From assembly GCA_963841505.1 (NCBI GenBank), contig CAWJCZ010000008.1, forward strand, positions 519,175 to 583,174: DNA of 64,000 bases, read 5' to 3'. Origin of the DNA: an uncultured Gemmatimonadales bacterium. Lineage in GTDB: Bacteria > Gemmatimonadota > Gemmatimonadetes > Gemmatimonadales > GWC2-71-9. The notes under the pieces were generated by a model that saw nothing but the letters and a program-made list of their open reading frames with translations, was not told the DNA's origin and did no database searches. A program made the translations under genes and the position numbers. Of the stretch, positions 37,174 to 45,809 are shown one piece after another (position 1 is the first letter of the stretch; every line of letters starts with the position of its first letter).

Positions 37174-38965
37174 CTACGACTTCAGGATCCAGAAGCGCGC
37201 CTGATAGCGCCACGCGGTGTAGGCGATCCGGCCCCCATCCGGCGACACCGCCGGCTGGGTCTTGTCGGTGGAATCCCGGGTGAGTTGCGCCGGAACATTG
37301 CCGCTCGACCGGACCCGGAACAGCTGGAGCCGTCCCTGATCGTCGGGGGCGGGATAGACCAGCCACGCCCCACCCGGACCCACCCCGAATCCGTCGATCC
37401 GCTGAGGACTCTCGTACCGGTGAATCACCTGCGGCGTCCCGCCGGTACGCGCCACGCGGTAGAGCGTGTGTCCGGTCGGCGGATGGGTCGCCGAGAAGAC
37501 GATCGTGTCGCTGGAGCCGAGCCACTCGGCGTGGACTACCTCCTCGGACAAACCGGTGACCGGAACGGAACGCGCCGGGACGGTCACCCGACCGGTCTCC
37601 TGATCGACCCCCACGATCCATACCAGCGATCGGCGGCGCCCATTGATCACCGAATCGCCGTCGAACACGATCCACCGTCCGTCCGGCGACCACCGCGGCC
37701 ACCCCACCTCGGCGCCGCGGCCGAGGTTGCTGATGCGGGTTAACGGGCTATCTCGCTCGGCAGGACGGAGCCAGACGTCGTCCGAATTCTGCTGATGTGA
37801 GTGAAACGCGATCCAGCGCCGGTTGGGCGACCAGGTGATCCCCTGATCCTCCGACACGGACTGCTGGATGACTTGCTCCACTCGGGCAGCCGGCGCGTCA
37901 CCGTCCGCCGCGATGATCCCGACGTCTTGCGCGATGTCGGGGTAATGGAAATCGTCACGCACCCTGCGCCAGGTTCCGTAGGTGACGCCGAGACGGGTTC
38001 CGGTCGGGTCCCACGAAGGAGTCTCGGCTTGAAAAGCGGTGCGCTGCACGGCCGAGCCGCCTTCGGCCGGCATCACCAGCACTTCGGTTCCGTAGTCCTG
38101 ATCCTTGTAGAGGAGGGCGCCGTCCCGGCTCACCGACGGAGCGTAAGTATCCCTCGGCTCGGCGGCCATCTGGCGGCCAGCGTGCCGGCTCAGGTCCCAG
38201 GCCCAAAGCCGAACAAAGCCGCTGTCGTTGGCGAAAGCGACGTACAGCTCGCGGCCGTCGGGCGACGGGGCGACGGGACCGTAGGCCTCGCGTTCCTCGA
38301 GTCCGACAGGCACGGCATCCCCGCAGGGGAGCGTAACCCGCTGTCGACCGGCTTCCATTGCCAGGCAACCGATCCGGCCATCCGGCATCCAGAAGGGGTA
38401 GCCCACCCGGATGGTGATTGACCGAGTCGAGATTGCTCGTCCGCTCGCATCGAATTCCCAGAGTCGGGATCCCGGCGGCTGCAACTCAACTCCCGCGCCT
38501 TTGCGTCCATCCAGCGACCAGCTCAATTCACGGAGTAAGGCGGGATCCACCGAGTCGCCGGCGCTGGTCACGAGCCGAGTGTCCCTCGGGCCAGAGGGGT
38601 TGCCGGGTGCCGCGGTTCAGGTCGTAGGACCACCAGAGTACCGCGCTGTCGGGCTGGCCCAGCACCAGCGTCGTATCGTCTCGCCAGACGAGGTGCTGGA
38701 TCCGTCCGTCTCCCACCGGCAGGGAGCGCTCGGTGCCGGCCCGGAGGTCATGGATTACGAATTGGTTGGGGATGACGGTCGCCAGCCGGCGCCCGTCGGG
38801 GGAGAGCACCCCGATCGGATCGCGATACCCCACCGGCCCGGCCTGATGTATCGTCGCGACGACGGACGCGATCGGCGAGCCTGGTGCTGCCGGGCAACCG
38901 GCGAGAAGGCCGAACCAGGTGATCGCGAGGAGAAATGCCGGGTTATGGAGCGATGGCCGTCTCAT
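37174..38965 (-). pseudogene. TolB/PD40-like beta-propeller lipoprotein, reading frame broken once (38572-38618)
   Basis: The N-terminus with lipobox (MRRPSLHNPAFLLAITWFGLLAGC...) is in ORF 38528..38965. The body, with PD40-type repeats (SPDGRELY, SRDGALLY, SPNRRWIAF, SPDGRWIVF, SPDGGRIAY), is in ORF 37174..38571. Confidence 0.7.
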
Positions 38966-38970
38966 CGATG

Positions 38971-39026
38971 GTCCGCCTGTCCGCCGTCGCGCCTGTCCGC
39001 CTGTCCGCCTGTCCGCCTGTCCGCCT
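38971..39026. repeat. Tandem octamer array, 7 units (GTCCGCCT x5, GTCCGCCG, one degenerate TCGCGCCT)
   Basis: Read directly. It fills almost the whole 59-nt spacer between the kinase stop (39025-39027) and the ATG of the PD40 lipoprotein gene (38963-38965). Confidence 0.95.
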
Positions 39027-41730
39027 ATTTCCTGCCCGTGAGGCCTTGGAGCCAGTTCTCCGCCACGATCAGCTCGCTCTGCTGGGTGGCCTCGCCCTCC
39101 CGCACCATGAGAAAATGCCGGTCGTCGGGGGCGAGCGAATACAACGGAATCGGGCCAGTCTGGATGTACTGCGCGACCGAAAAGAGCGTGCGTTGCTTGC
39201 CCACGGCAAAGGTCGGACCCGGCGGAATCTGGACGTCGATCATCTCGTTCCGCCCGTTAATGTAGAAGAGCTCGCGGCCACTCTTCGCCCAGGTTGGGGC
39301 GCTGCCTCCCGCCGTGGAGACCTGCCACTTGGCGGAGGAGGTTTCCGGGAAGGGGCGCACGTAGACTTCGAATGCCCCCGATTCGTTCGAGGAGTAGGCC
39401 AGCCAGCGGCCGTCGGGCGAAAGCGCCGGGTGGAATGACTGTGCCGAGCTCGCGACCAGGGGCACGATCGTGGTGTCGGGCAGGTGCATGCCCACGATGC
39501 GGGGAGTGCCGGCACCGGGTGGTGCCGTCCGAAGGAGCAGCCACTTGCCGTCCCGGGAGCCGACCACCTGCCCGTAGTCGTCGTCCTTGGTGGCCTTGAG
39601 CAATCTGGCCGCCCCGGTACCGTCGGCGCGGTGCGCGTAGGCCGGCCCCACGCCGGACCCGGATCGGTCATTGACGTAATAGACCTCGCGACCATCCGTC
39701 GACCAGGAGGGTCGCACCGCCGAAGTATCGCCGAAGGTGATCCTGGAAAACGGCCCATCCGGAAGCTGCTTGACCCAGATGTCGCGGCGGCCGTCGCGCG
39801 CAAGGCCCACCGCGATAGCCTTCCCGTCGGGCGAAAGTGAGGTCGACTCGATGACGCCCTGTGGGTCCCACGCCGGGTCCACCGGTGTGACCCCGCCTTC
39901 CATGCTCACCCACACGGCGCGGCGGGAGACCAGCGATCCGCCCGTGCTGTACGCCAGGGTGCCATTCCCGGCCAGAGTCAGGTCGATGTTGAATCCGCCG
40001 TTTCGCATTCCCACCCCTTCGAGCAACGCGATCGGCGCACCGGTGACTTCGAGCTTTCCGGGATCGAACGGGAGGGCGATCAGCTTCCCCTCGGCGGTGA
40101 CCACCAGGAGATGACCGGTCTTCGCATAGGTCGCGTAGATCCCCCGGACCAGGGTGTGGCCCAGCTCGCGGGGTTTGGGTGGGAGCGGCGCGGCCATGAT
40201 TTCGAAATCGGAAACCCCCTGGCCGGCGTGGCGCACCCGGAAAATGACGCCTTTTCCTCTCGGGAGCAGCTGAGGCCACTCGGTCGCGATCTCGTTCTTG
40301 TCAGGGTGCACGGTGTACACCGGCTCGATCTCGCCGCCCCCGGCGCGCATCCGGGCGATTCCCGAATCCACCTCGAAGTAGATGAAGCCATCTTCGCCCC
40401 ACGTGCCCCCGGTGGTGTTCGCCTTGTCGGTCAGGGTGATGGTGGGTGCACCCGCGAGTGAAGCGATGCGAATCGCGGTCCCGCCCTTCACGAAGGCGAC
40501 ACGCTGGCCGTCCGGAGAAAAGAACGCCGTGCCTGCTCCTTCGGTACCCATCATCGGTGTGCCATCGAGCTGATCGAGCCGGCGGATCCAGAGGCGGTTT
40601 CCCCCCTCGGCGGGACCACTGTACACCAGGGTCCGCCCGTCAGGAGAAAGGGCGAGGCGCGATCCCCCGGTCGGAAGCGGCGCCTGGAGTCCCTGGTTGG
40701 TGCGAAGCCCCAGGCTGAACTGGGTGAGCGGCGCCGCTGGTGCCGACCGGCTCCAACCCCAGATCGCGGCCGCCGTCACCACGATGAGGCCGAGCAGGAG
40801 GGCCGGGACCAGGAACCGAGGCAAGCCGCGCTGCGACACCTGGGCCATCGTTGTCTGCTGGGTTCCCCCGCCAGGCACGGCGCTCGAGATTCGGTATCCC
40901 GGATTCCTGAGCGCCTCGGCGAACTCCGCCGCGGTGGCGAACCGGTCGGCCGGAAGCTTCTCCAGCGCGGTCAGCACTGCCGCCTCGATGTGGGGCGGAA
41001 TGGTGTGTCGCTGGGGGATGAGCGGCCGGGGGCTCTCGGTCACGACCCGCGCCACGATCGCCTGCGCCGTGCTTCCGGTGAACGGCGGGTCGCCGGTGAG
41101 CAATTCGTAGAGCACGACGCCGAGGGCATAGATATCCGAACGGGCGGTGATCTCCCGCTCGCCCATGGCCTGTTCGGGACTCATGTAGTGCGGGGTGCCG
41201 AGGCTCATGCCGGTTTCGGTCATCCTGGCGCCGCCTGCTTTGCTGGCGGCGAGCGCGATGCCGAAATCGGCGACCTGGGCTCGGCCGTCGTGGAGCAGGA
41301 TGTTCTCCGGCTTGATGTCGCGATGGACCACCCCATGGCGGTGGGCATAGTCGAGTGCGTCCGCCACTTCTGCTGTGATTCGCACCGCTTCGCTGACCGG
41401 GAGCTGCTTTTCCCGGGTGACGCGATCGCGGAGCGATTCACCCTCCACGAACGGCATGACGTAGAAGAGATTGCCGTCGACTTCGCCGGAATCGAACAGC
41501 GGCAGGATATGGGGGTGCTGCAGGTTGGCCGTCAGTTTGATCTCGGCCAGGAAGCGTTCCGCGCCGATGACCGCGGCCAGCTCGGGACGCAGGACCTTGA
41601 GGGCGACCCGACGGTTATGGCGCACGTCTTCGGCCAGATAGACGGTGGCCATGCCGCCGGCGCCGATTTCGCGCTCCAGGCGATACCGGTCCGCCAGCGC
41701 GGACTGCAAACGGCCGATCATTTCCGGCAT
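39025..41730 (-). CDS. Ser/Thr protein kinase fused to C-terminal TolB/PD40-like beta-propeller (paralogue of 33802..36465)
   Basis: 901-aa ORF. Its glycine loop is GAGGMATVY, with VALKVL, HRDIKPENILL, DFG and SPEQ motifs, then a TM segment and PD40-like repeats (SPDGRTLVY, SPDGQRVAF, SPDGKAIAV, STDGREVYY, SPDGRWLAY). Confidence 0.92.
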   Translation of the reverse strand: MPEMIGRLQSALADRYRLEREIGAGGMATVYLAEDVRHNRRVALKVLRPELAAVIGAERFLAEIKLTANLQHPHILPLFDSGEVDGNLFYVMPFVEGESLRDRVTREKQLPVSEAVRITAEVADALDYAHRHGVVHRDIKPENILLHDGRAQVADFGIALAASKAGGARMTETGMSLGTPHYMSPEQAMGEREITARSDIYALGVVLYELLTGDPPFTGSTAQAIVARVVTESPRPLIPQRHTIPPHIEAAVLTALEKLPADRFATAAEFAEALRNPGYRISSAVPGGGTQQTTMAQVSQRGLPRFLVPALLLGLIVVTAAAIWGWSRSAPAAPLTQFSLGLRTNQGLQAPLPTGGSRLALSPDGRTLVYSGPAEGGNRLWIRRLDQLDGTPMMGTEGAGTAFFSPDGQRVAFVKGGTAIRIASLAGAPTITLTDKANTTGGTWGEDGFIYFEVDSGIARMRAGGGEIEPVYTVHPDKNEIATEWPQLLPRGKGVIFRVRHAGQGVSDFEIMAAPLPPKPRELGHTLVRGIYATYAKTGHLLVVTAEGKLIALPFDPGKLEVTGAPIALLEGVGMRNGGFNIDLTLAGNGTLAYSTGGSLVSRRAVWVSMEGGVTPVDPAWDPQGVIESTSLSPDGKAIAVGLARDGRRDIWVKQLPDGPFSRITFGDTSAVRPSWSTDGREVYYVNDRSGSGVGPAYAHRADGTGAARLLKATKDDDYGQVVGSRDGKWLLLRTAPPGAGTPRIVGMHLPDTTIVPLVASSAQSFHPALSPDGRWLAYSSNESGAFEVYVRPFPETSSAKWQVSTAGGSAPTWAKSGRELFYINGRNEMIDVQIPPGPTFAVGKQRTLFSVAQYIQTGPIPLYSLAPDDRHFLMVREGEATQQSELIVAENWLQGLTGRK

Positions 41731-41800
41731 GTGGTGTCTTGGGTTTGGATGGTTGAAGATGGGGGTGGCGGCGCCGTGCGGCTAGGGGCGCTAGGCCGCC

Positions 41801-41835
41801 GGACTATTGTTCAGCGATGACCGCGGAATCCTCCA
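41801..41835. repeat. 35-nt block conserved upstream of both kinase paralogues (copy 2)
   Basis: See 36507..36541. Here the embedded ATG opens only an 8-codon ORF (ATGACCGCGGAATCCTCCAGGCTGTGA). Confidence 0.7.
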
Positions 41836-41848
41836 GGCTGTGAAAACG

Positions 41849-42712
41849 ATGACTGCTCTGCTGTTCCTCGCCGGGTTGTTTGCCCACCTGACTCCGACCA
41901 GCCGCTGGAACGACGCCGACTGGCAGGTGCTCGACGCCAAGGTCCGCTGGGCCGCCCGCGGGCGACTGGAAACCCTTCCGATCGGAGCGGCCATTGCCCG
42001 GCTGGGACAGAGTTTCGTCGGGGCGGTCTACACTCCGGGAACCCTCGAGCCGGCGGGACCCGAACGAGTGGTGGTGAACCTCCAGGCATTCGATTGTGTC
42101 ACTTTCATTGAAAACGTTCTGGCGCTGACCCGGTTCATTCGGGAGGATGGGGTTTCCGCGCTGGCGGACCGGCCGGCCGCCGAGGCGAGATACGTTCGGT
42201 ACCTGGAGGACCTTCGCTATCGGGGCGGGCGACTCGATGGCTACCCGAGCCGCCTGCACTACTTCTCCGAATGGTTGAGGGATAATGCGGGTCGCGGGCG
42301 TCTCCGGCTGTTGACCCGGGAGCTCGGTGGGGTTCCCGATTCCGAACCCCTGAGCTTCATGTCACGCCATCCCGGATCCTACCGCCAGATGGCGGAGCCT
42401 GGGATAGCAGAAGCGATCGGGGCTGTGGAAACGCGCCTCAACCAGGACCTGCCGCGGTGGTACATCCCGGAGTCAGCCATCGCCACGGTCGAGAACCGGA
42501 TCGAGGATGGGGATCTGATCGCGGTGACTTCCACCCTGCCGGGTCTCGACATCGCCCATACCGGCATTGCACTGTGGGTGAATGGCCGGCTCCACCTTCT
42601 GCATGCACCGCTGGTCGGCAAATCGGTTGAGATTTCCTCGGTGCCCCTGGCCGAGCGGATCGCGGGGATTGCCACTCAGGACGGCATCATGGTGGCCCGG
42701 GTGATTCACTGA
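41849..42712 (+). CDS. DUF1460-family protein (amidase-like fold), secreted
   Basis: The track ORF 41807..42712 is trimmed to ATG 41849 (MTALLFLAGLFAHL signal). The block FDCVTFIENVLAL is typical of DUF1460 as I recall it. Confidence 0.65.
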   Translation: MTALLFLAGLFAHLTPTSRWNDADWQVLDAKVRWAARGRLETLPIGAAIARLGQSFVGAVYTPGTLEPAGPERVVVNLQAFDCVTFIENVLALTRFIREDGVSALADRPAAEARYVRYLEDLRYRGGRLDGYPSRLHYFSEWLRDNAGRGRLRLLTRELGGVPDSEPLSFMSRHPGSYRQMAEPGIAEAIGAVETRLNQDLPRWYIPESAIATVENRIEDGDLIAVTSTLPGLDIAHTGIALWVNGRLHLLHAPLVGKSVEISSVPLAERIAGIATQDGIMVARVIH

Positions 42713-42717
42713 CCCCT

Positions 42718-42749
42718 GTCCGCCGGTCCGCCGGTCCGCCTGTCCGCCC
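42718..42749. repeat. Tandem octamer array, 4 units (GTCCGCCG x2, GTCCGCCT, GTCCGCCC)
   Basis: Read directly. It occupies the convergent spacer between the TGA at 42710-42712 (plus-strand gene) and the TAG at 42749-42751 (M14 peptidase). Confidence 0.95.
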
Positions 42750-45700
42750 TATTTCTCGTCGAGCTTTCGTCCCACATTCAGGTTGTCGAAGTGCATGATG
42801 GTGTTGAGCACCAGCGGGTAGCTTCCGATCGTTTCGCCCCGCCACATCGGATTGATCGCGAAGAGCACGACGTGCCCCTTGTCCTTCGGCGCGTCCACCA
42901 CGATGGGCCGCTCCGCGATCTCGCTGCCGCCATCGAGCAATCCCGACACCAGGAGATCCCGTTGCGCGCTGAACCGGAGCGCCACCCGGGGACGCTGATC
43001 CGGCGGAATGATGTTGATGGGATTCCGGAGCTGATCGTTGGTGAGCGGCACCCGTTCCCATTGTTCCGCCGTCGGCCGAGCCGGCAGCTCGAACTCGGGC
43101 GTGAGTGCGGGCCGTCCCTGCACCACATCGGGATCGTCCTGGGTTCCCCTCCCGGTGGGCCGGGAGTTGGACCCGCCGAACCGGCCGCCCCGGCCGCCGC
43201 CCAGCGTGTTACCGACCGAAAGACTCGACCCGTCATCGCTGTACACCGCCAGGCTGTCGCCGACGCCGTACACGATTGGGCTCGTCGCATCCACGATTCG
43301 AGAGCGGAGCAGGGTGCCCACGACCCGGGAACGGCCTGGCCCGTTGGTCGAAACCCCGCTGGCGAGTCCATACTGGACTGCGAGTTCCGCGGTGTTCGCG
43401 ACGCCGACCAGCACGCCACCCTGGGACACGAACCGCTGGAGATTGGCCAGGCCGGTCCATCCTAACCCGGGGCGCACGTCGTCGGTCTGGGCCCAGGTCC
43501 CGAGGTTCGGGGTTTCCGGGGTGTTCTTCCAGGGCATCGGATTCCGCCACATCGGGAGGCCCTGCACGATGGTCTGAAGGCCCCCGCCCGCCGGGGGAAA
43601 GAGGATCACGTCGTATTTCGCATTCAGGTTGTCGTTCTTTGCGACCTCCTGGGTACTGATGTAGTCGAACGGGATGCTCAGGAAGTCGAACGCCTGCCGC
43701 CACCAGCCTTCGGTCTGGGTGCCGAGCCAGGTGTGCAGTATGGCGACCCGGGCCGCCCGCACCGGGTGGGTCTTCACCGTGGGCGCCGTGGCCAGTCCGT
43801 ACCCGGTCAACCCAAGCTCTCTGGTCGCTCGATCCAGATCACTCGCCCCGACCCCGCGGATCAGGAACGTCCCGCGGGCAAATTTCTTCCCCGCCGCCTC
43901 GAACGGTTCTTCGGCAGACTGGATGTCGGCGTCCTTGAGCCGGTAGCGGAGCGTCGCGAGGGCGTTGTCGCCGTTGGCATTGATGGCGACCACGCTCCCG
44001 CTGCCCTGCACGCTACCCGGCGGATTCACCGGACCGCTGATCGCCGTCACCGGCACGCGAAGCACCGTGGTGTCGGTCACCCGGAGCGCCTCGACCGCGA
44101 ATCCCTCCGGGAAGGTCCAGCCGGTGTCATCGTAGGGCGTCTTCTGGGGATCGTCCGGAGCCCAGTACTGGTAGTCGAGCAGCGCGTCCGCGATGCGGGA
44201 GTAGGGCTGGTCCATCCGGATGATGTACGACCCGGCCGGGAAGCTCTTCGACTCGGTCTTCTTCGCGGTATCGGCCTTCACCGCGGTACTGTCGGTCCGC
44301 CGGTCCGCCGGTCCGCCGGTCCGTCGCTTCACCGCCACCTGCACCGTAAACGGAGCATTCGCGCGCGAGATCTCCACGTGCTGCTTCTGGAGGATCCGAA
44401 GCAGCTCCGCCTGGGCCCCGGGCCGGCGGGTTTCCCCGGTCAGGACATAGGCGGCGGGGCCTTCGGTATGCGCCTTGAGCACCGAGCGCTTGCTCTTCTG
44501 GTAGAAGTTCCTGAGGATGAGCTCCTTGTTCTGGGCGATGTAACTGAGTGAGACCAGCAGGCCGGTCTGCTCGTAGTTGTTGTTATTGCGGAGCGACCAC
44601 TTGACCCGGGGCAGCGGGGGATTCTGGCGGTACCAGGTGCGCGAGGTTTCCCCGGGAGAGAGGGTGCGTTCCAGGGTCTCCGCGCTGCCGCCGTTCCCGA
44701 AGGTTTCGTAGAGCCGGCTGATCCCATTGTGAGTTGCGGCCATGAACATGAGGTAGCCGGGCGACCAGGTATCGAAATTCCCGAAGGCAAAAACCCCGGG
44801 CATCCCCATCCGGGTCATCTCCTGCACGTTGTTCCAGCCGATCATCTGCCACTCGTTGGTCAGCAGCGGATCCACCCATGCGTTGTAGGGACCGTCGCCG
44901 ATGGTGTTGTCGTAGAGGTAGGCGACCGATTCATGCAGATCGTGAATCACCTGCGCCTTCCAGTCCACGTAGGTGTTCAGCACGTTCTGGGTCAGCTTCA
45001 GCGTCATCCCCATCGCGTCGCGATTGTTGTCGTGCGCGACGTAGTGCCCCCAGTAGATCAGGTTGGGCCAGGTATCGTCGGGATGGGCCTTGTGCCAGTT
45101 GTAGATGTCCACCACCCGGTCGCGCCCATCCACCTCGACGATCGGCGTGATCAGCGTGATGACCTTATCGCGGATGTTCTTGAGGTACGGACTTTCGTCC
45201 ACCGCGAGACGGTAGGCCAGCTCCATCAGAGCGGTGGGGGCGCCGGCTTCGGGAGAGTGGATCGTGCCGGTGATGTAATACACCGGCGCCGCCGTCGCCG
45301 CGATCCGGGCCGCCTCGGCGTCGTTCATGTTGATGGTCCGCGGGTCGGCCAGCCGGGCGAGGTCCGCCTTGTTGGCATCGAGGCGGGCCATCAGCGCCTC
45401 CGAGGCCACCGCCACCGCGATCATCTCGCGATTCTCTTCGGTGCGCCCGATCGAATAGACCCGCACTCGCGGGCTCGCCTTGGCGAGCCGTCGCATGTAG
45501 TCGTACACCTCGGTGGAATAGGGAAGCTTGCCCGGCGCCCCGGCGATGTCCCCCAGGACCACCGTCGGGGTCGGCACCGTCTTGGAGGCCGGTAAATAGT
45601 TGACCAGGGGAGAGAGGAAGAAGGGTTCGGTGGTGTACTCCAGGATCTTCTTGGTGTACGCCTCGTCGATTGGCTGACTCGGACTCCGGCCCGGCACGAC

Positions 45701-45769
45701 CGGGGATTGGGCGGCCACCGTGGAAGTCGTGAGGAGAAGGACCGCGAGAAGTGGGCGTGACGGGTTCAT
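42749..45769 (-). CDS. M14-family zinc carboxypeptidase-like protein, large secreted form
   Basis: The real start is MNPSRPLLAVLLLTTSTVAAQ (ATG 45769). M14-like blocks are YSIGRTEENREMIAV, ITGTIHSPEAG, DNNRD and IHDLHES. It has a long C-terminal extension. Confidence 0.8.
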   Translation of the reverse strand: MNPSRPLLAVLLLTTSTVAAQSPVVPGRSPSQPIDEAYTKKILEYTTEPFFLSPLVNYLPASKTVPTPTVVLGDIAGAPGKLPYSTEVYDYMRRLAKASPRVRVYSIGRTEENREMIAVAVASEALMARLDANKADLARLADPRTINMNDAEAARIAATAAPVYYITGTIHSPEAGAPTALMELAYRLAVDESPYLKNIRDKVITLITPIVEVDGRDRVVDIYNWHKAHPDDTWPNLIYWGHYVAHDNNRDAMGMTLKLTQNVLNTYVDWKAQVIHDLHESVAYLYDNTIGDGPYNAWVDPLLTNEWQMIGWNNVQEMTRMGMPGVFAFGNFDTWSPGYLMFMAATHNGISRLYETFGNGGSAETLERTLSPGETSRTWYRQNPPLPRVKWSLRNNNNYEQTGLLVSLSYIAQNKELILRNFYQKSKRSVLKAHTEGPAAYVLTGETRRPGAQAELLRILQKQHVEISRANAPFTVQVAVKRRTGGPADRRTDSTAVKADTAKKTESKSFPAGSYIIRMDQPYSRIADALLDYQYWAPDDPQKTPYDDTGWTFPEGFAVEALRVTDTTVLRVPVTAISGPVNPPGSVQGSGSVVAINANGDNALATLRYRLKDADIQSAEEPFEAAGKKFARGTFLIRGVGASDLDRATRELGLTGYGLATAPTVKTHPVRAARVAILHTWLGTQTEGWWRQAFDFLSIPFDYISTQEVAKNDNLNAKYDVILFPPAGGGLQTIVQGLPMWRNPMPWKNTPETPNLGTWAQTDDVRPGLGWTGLANLQRFVSQGGVLVGVANTAELAVQYGLASGVSTNGPGRSRVVGTLLRSRIVDATSPIVYGVGDSLAVYSDDGSSLSVGNTLGGGRGGRFGGSNSRPTGRGTQDDPDVVQGRPALTPEFELPARPTAEQWERVPLTNDQLRNPINIIPPDQRPRVALRFSAQRDLLVSGLLDGGSEIAERPIVVDAPKDKGHVVLFAINPMWRGETIGSYPLVLNTIMHFDNLNVGRKLDEK
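44295..44326. repeat. Octamer array inside the M14 coding sequence: (GTCCGCCG)x3 plus degenerate GTCCGTCG
   Basis: Read directly. The three perfect units (24 nt) stay in frame, and the array region encodes RRTGGPADRRTD in the minus-strand gene. Confidence 0.9.
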
Positions 45770-45809
45770 GAAGCGATATCCGGGAAAGCGGTGAAAGACC
45801 AAGGAAATC

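Noticed and set aside
37132-39026. Octamer arrays considered as a CRISPR array or minisatellite-encoded gene.
   Set aside because: The units are 8 nt and contiguous without spacers. No cas genes are present and there is no independent ORF.
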